Shown here piece after piece: positions 60,425 through 64,000 of a DNA stretch of 64,000 nt. Every line of letters begins with the position of its first letter. Within the stretch, counting starts at the first letter, position 1. The stretch is from NCBI RefSeq assembly GCF_964355755.1, contig NC_092678.1, forward strand, positions 1,876,422-1,940,421. Direction: 5' to 3'. The stretch comes from Antedon mediterranea. Its lineage: Eukaryota; Animalia; Echinodermata. Both the position numbers and the translations under genes were made by a program. The notes beneath the pieces were generated by a model. That model had not been told where the DNA came from and searched no databases. It saw only the letters and a program-made list of their open reading frames with translations.

Positions 60425-63158
60425 CCATTCATTCCAAAGGGAAAATGAATCATTTAATGATTTTTTGACAGACTTAAGAGTTCTTATTAAACGATGTGAA
60501 TATACAGATGAACAAAGAATGTTGCATGATGCGGTACTGTTAAAAGCTGCAGACACAAAAGTAAGAAAGAAATGCCTAGAAGTAGGTGATGAGTTGACAC
60601 TAGTTAAAGCAATCAATATTGCATTAAACTATGAGTCATCACAGGAGAGTTTAGTGGCAATGAATGGTAAGACAATTGATGGGGTCAAAAAAAGAAAGGC
60701 CCAAAGAAGTAAAGATAAGTTTCAAAGGGGTCGCCAACAAAGTTGTTTGAGGTGTGGAAGAACACATGGACCTAGAGCATGCCCTGCATGGGGATCAATC
60801 TGTCATAAATGTAAGGGAAAAAACCATTAGTCAAATTTCTGCAAATCAAAGTCTAAAAAACAAAAAGATAAAACAAAAAGATAAAACAATTGAACTAGTA
60901 GTAGAGTCTTCTGAGGAGGATGTAGACGTGTTGAATATCGGATCTAATAGTGATTGGACCATATCAGTCTAAATGGTTTAGAAATTAAACTAAAGGTAGA
61001 CACTGGGTCCCAGCTAAACGTATTACCATGAGAATATTATACAAAATTGAAAGATAAGCCATCCATCACTGATACAGGGGTGAGATTGAAAGGTTATACA
61101 GGCACTGCCATTCCTATAAAAGGAACTTGTGTCCTGGACATCAAACATAATGGATGTATTTATAAACTACCTTTTGTAATAACCAAGCCACTAGATAGTA
61201 TAACATACAAACCAGTGTTAGGTCTGGCAGCCTGTAAGGAGCTAAAATTGCTTAACAATAACATGGCATCTAACATTGATAGCAATTAAGTTGACACAAC
61301 ACAAGAAATAATAGGAAAATTTCCTGAAGTTTTCAAAGGTTTAGGGTGTCTTCCTTCGAAGCATAAGATATTTGTTGATGAATTCATCAAACCAGTACAG
61401 AATACCTGTCGCAAAGTGCCTTTTAAGCTAAGAAACAAAGTAAAAGATGAATTAGAGTAATTGAGAAATTTAACCAGCCTACAAATTGGGTTAATAGCAT
61501 GGTAGTAGTTACCAAGAAAAATGGTGATTTAAGAATTTGTCTAGATCCACGAAATTTGAATAAAGCTATAAGACGTGAGCATTACAAACTTCCATCAAGG
61601 GAAGAGATTATGGCAGAATTTACTAATGCTAAAGTGTTTAGTAAATTGGACACGGCAGCTGGATTCTGGCAAATACCGCTGGAAGAAAACAGCTGCAACT
61701 TGACTTGTTTTATAACGCCTTTTGGGAGATATGTCTATAAGAGATTACCTTTTGGGGTCAATATGGCTTCCGAAGCATATCATCAGAAGATACACGAGTT
61801 ATTCGAATCAATGGAAGGTGTCAATACAATGCTGGATGACATAATTGTCTGGGGGAAAGACAAAAAACAACACGATAATAGACTCAATAAAGTGTTACAC
61901 ATAGTAGAATGGTTAAACAAACATAAATGTGAGTTTGGTATGGACAAGTTAGTGTTCTTGATCTGATAACTAATGAAGGAATAAAACCTGATCCGTTTAA
62001 AGTGAGAGCTATATAAATAACATGCCAACTCCAAAAACAAAGTCTGAACTACAGCGATTTCTAGGTATGGCAACGTACCTTGCGAAATTTGTACCAGATC
62101 TGTCAAGTCTTACTGCACCATTACGACAGTTGTTATCTGAGAAAAATGAGTATGTATGGGAAACTGCTCAGGAGGAAGCACTGATTAAAGTGAAGAAATT
62201 ACTTACGAACGCTCCTGTATTAAATTGTTATGATCCTAAGCGCAAGTGTAAAGTATCGGCCGATGCTTCAAAAGATGGACTAGGTGCAGTCCTGTTGCAG
62301 AAAGAAACGGAAGAATGGAAACCAGTGGCATACGCTTCTCGCGGTATGACACCTACTGAGACAAACTATGCACAGATAGAGAAGGAATGCTTAGCGCTTA
62401 CCTTTGCTTGCGAGCGTTTTCACCAATTTATCTACGGACAGACAGTGGAGGTAGAAATTGATCACAAGCCCTTGGTGGCAATATTCAAGAAGCCTCTTGT
62501 TGACGGTCCTTTAAGATTACAATGAATGCGCATACGCTTACATAAGTATGATATTACGGTATCATACACACCTGGAAAACAATTATTAACAGCAGACACA
62601 TTGTCAAGAGCAGTAGACGCAACCAATCAGAAAGATACTGATCAGCAGTTAGATGATGATGTAGAAGCCTACTTAAGTATGGTACAAAAAACTGCACCAC
62701 TCACAACTGCAATGATGGACAAGTTAAATTATGAAACTGCTAAAGACAACACGTTGCTTCAGCTAAAAGAAACCATAGAAAAGGGATGGCCGGAGAAAAG
62801 AATTACTGTACATGTCTCTGTACTGTTCGTGAATATTGGACTCATCGAGACAAATTATCGGTAGTCAATGGAATTGTATATAAAACCACAAAGTCATAGT
62901 TCCTAGCAGTCTACAGGAACATATGCTGAAACAACTCCACAAAGGTTATCAGGGAAATAAAAAATGTAAAAGACGAGCCAGAGACTCAATGTTTTGGTGT
63001 GGAATAAATAAACAAATAGAAGATATGGTTCAGCGATGTAAAACATGTAGCAAATTTAAGCCAAAGCAGCAAAAAGAGCCTATCATAAAATACCAGCAAC
63101 CTGAGAGACCGTGGCAAAAAATTGGTGCTGACCTATTCACAGCTAACGGGCGAAACTA
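60425..63158 (+). mobile_element. Decayed Ty3/Gypsy (Mag-like) gag-pol, no LTRs seen
   Basis: Gag with zinc knuckles CLRCGRTH..CPAWGSICHKCKGKNH; protease KVDTGS; RT (LDPRNLNKAI, FITPFGRY, LDDII); RNase H (ADASKDGLGAVLLQ, DHKPL); integrase zinc finger; several stops and frameshifts; truncated within integrase. Confidence 0.9.
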
Positions 63159-64000
63159 TATTAAAGATATAGACTGGGATACTCTTTCTACTAGACGCGG
63201 CGAATTAAGTGAACAGCAGAAACTTTTAGATGTAGTCAATGACTCGTTCTTGACGCAACATGTGACACAATTTACACGTGTAAGAGGAGACGACGAGCCT
63301 TCATTACTTGATTTAATTTTTAGTAAACATGAACTTGATGTTGATATTTTACGTTATGATGCTCCAGTCGGGAAAAGCGACCATGCCGTTATAATTTTTT
63401 ATTTTGTATTAGATTGTTTTGTTGTTTTGTTGATCAAAGCGCAGAAGAATATACTAAATTTAATTTTTTTAAAGGTGATTTCACTACAATGAATGCCCAA
63501 CTCACTGATGTTGATTGGGAAAGCTTGTTTGAAACCAAATCTGTCCAAGAAATTATTATTATTCACAATAAGATTAACTTTTTGATTTCTGATTGTGTTC
63601 CGAAAAACATTGTAAACACAAATCTCCGCCCAAGTAAACAGAAATGGATGACAAAATTCGCACTAAATAAAGTTCAAATGAAGGAGGATGCATGGCAACG
63701 TTACAGACGTCATAGGTCTAACAAAAGACATAAATGTTACTGTAAGGCCAGAAATGATGCTACTTCGGCAGTAAGAATGGCTAAAGCTAATTTCGAGAAG
63801 GATGTCGCACTAAATGCTAAGAGAAATCCGAGGGCATTTTATAGCTATGTACGTAGTCAAACTTCAATTAAGGAAGGGGTATCCAAACTAAAAAAACAGG
63901 ATGATTCTTTTTCTTCCACCAATCAGGAAGCAAGTGAAATAATGAACGAGGCCTTCCAAAAAGTATTTACAGTAGAAGATAATCGTAATATTCCAAACAT
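63159..64000 (+). mobile_element. CR1 LINE fragment (endonuclease C-terminus and linker), continues beyond the right edge
   Basis: DIDW...FLTQHVTQFTRVRGDDEPSLLDLIF...GKSDH, then KWMT...RNPRAFYSYVRS...MNEAFQKVFT; frameshifts present. Confidence 0.85.

Overview
AT-rich eukaryotic (invertebrate metazoan, probably marine deuterostome; inference) genomic DNA with GT-AG introns. It contains: (1) the 5' half of a sulfonylurea-receptor-type ABC transporter gene (ABCC8/9-like, minus strand, 9 coding exons visible, running off the left edge); (2) a divergently oriented, complete 17-exon gene (7968-40064, about 1273 aa) with three extended Tudor domains and a CCCH zinc finger between Tudor 2 and Tudor 3, resembling the piRNA-pathway protein Krimper; (3) an intron-containing kinesin-14 pseudogene; (4) many nested mobile elements (Helitrons, a Helentron-type HINE, Kolobok-, Harbinger-, Tc1/pogo-, hAT- and Academ-like non-autonomous elements, CR1/L2-group LINEs, SINEs, a decayed Gypsy); (5) a 57-bp minisatellite and a ~6-kb 21-bp satellite. 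The most unusual signals are the Krimper-like architecture, a strongly over-represented TAGGCCTA palindrome that appears as a copy-specific insertion, one ~700-bp core carried by three unrelated TIR families, a Kolobok remnant with P2X7-ballast-like and THAP-like fragments, and a minisatellite enclosed by a LINE's target-site duplication. All calls were made by eye without database searches; family assignments need checking.
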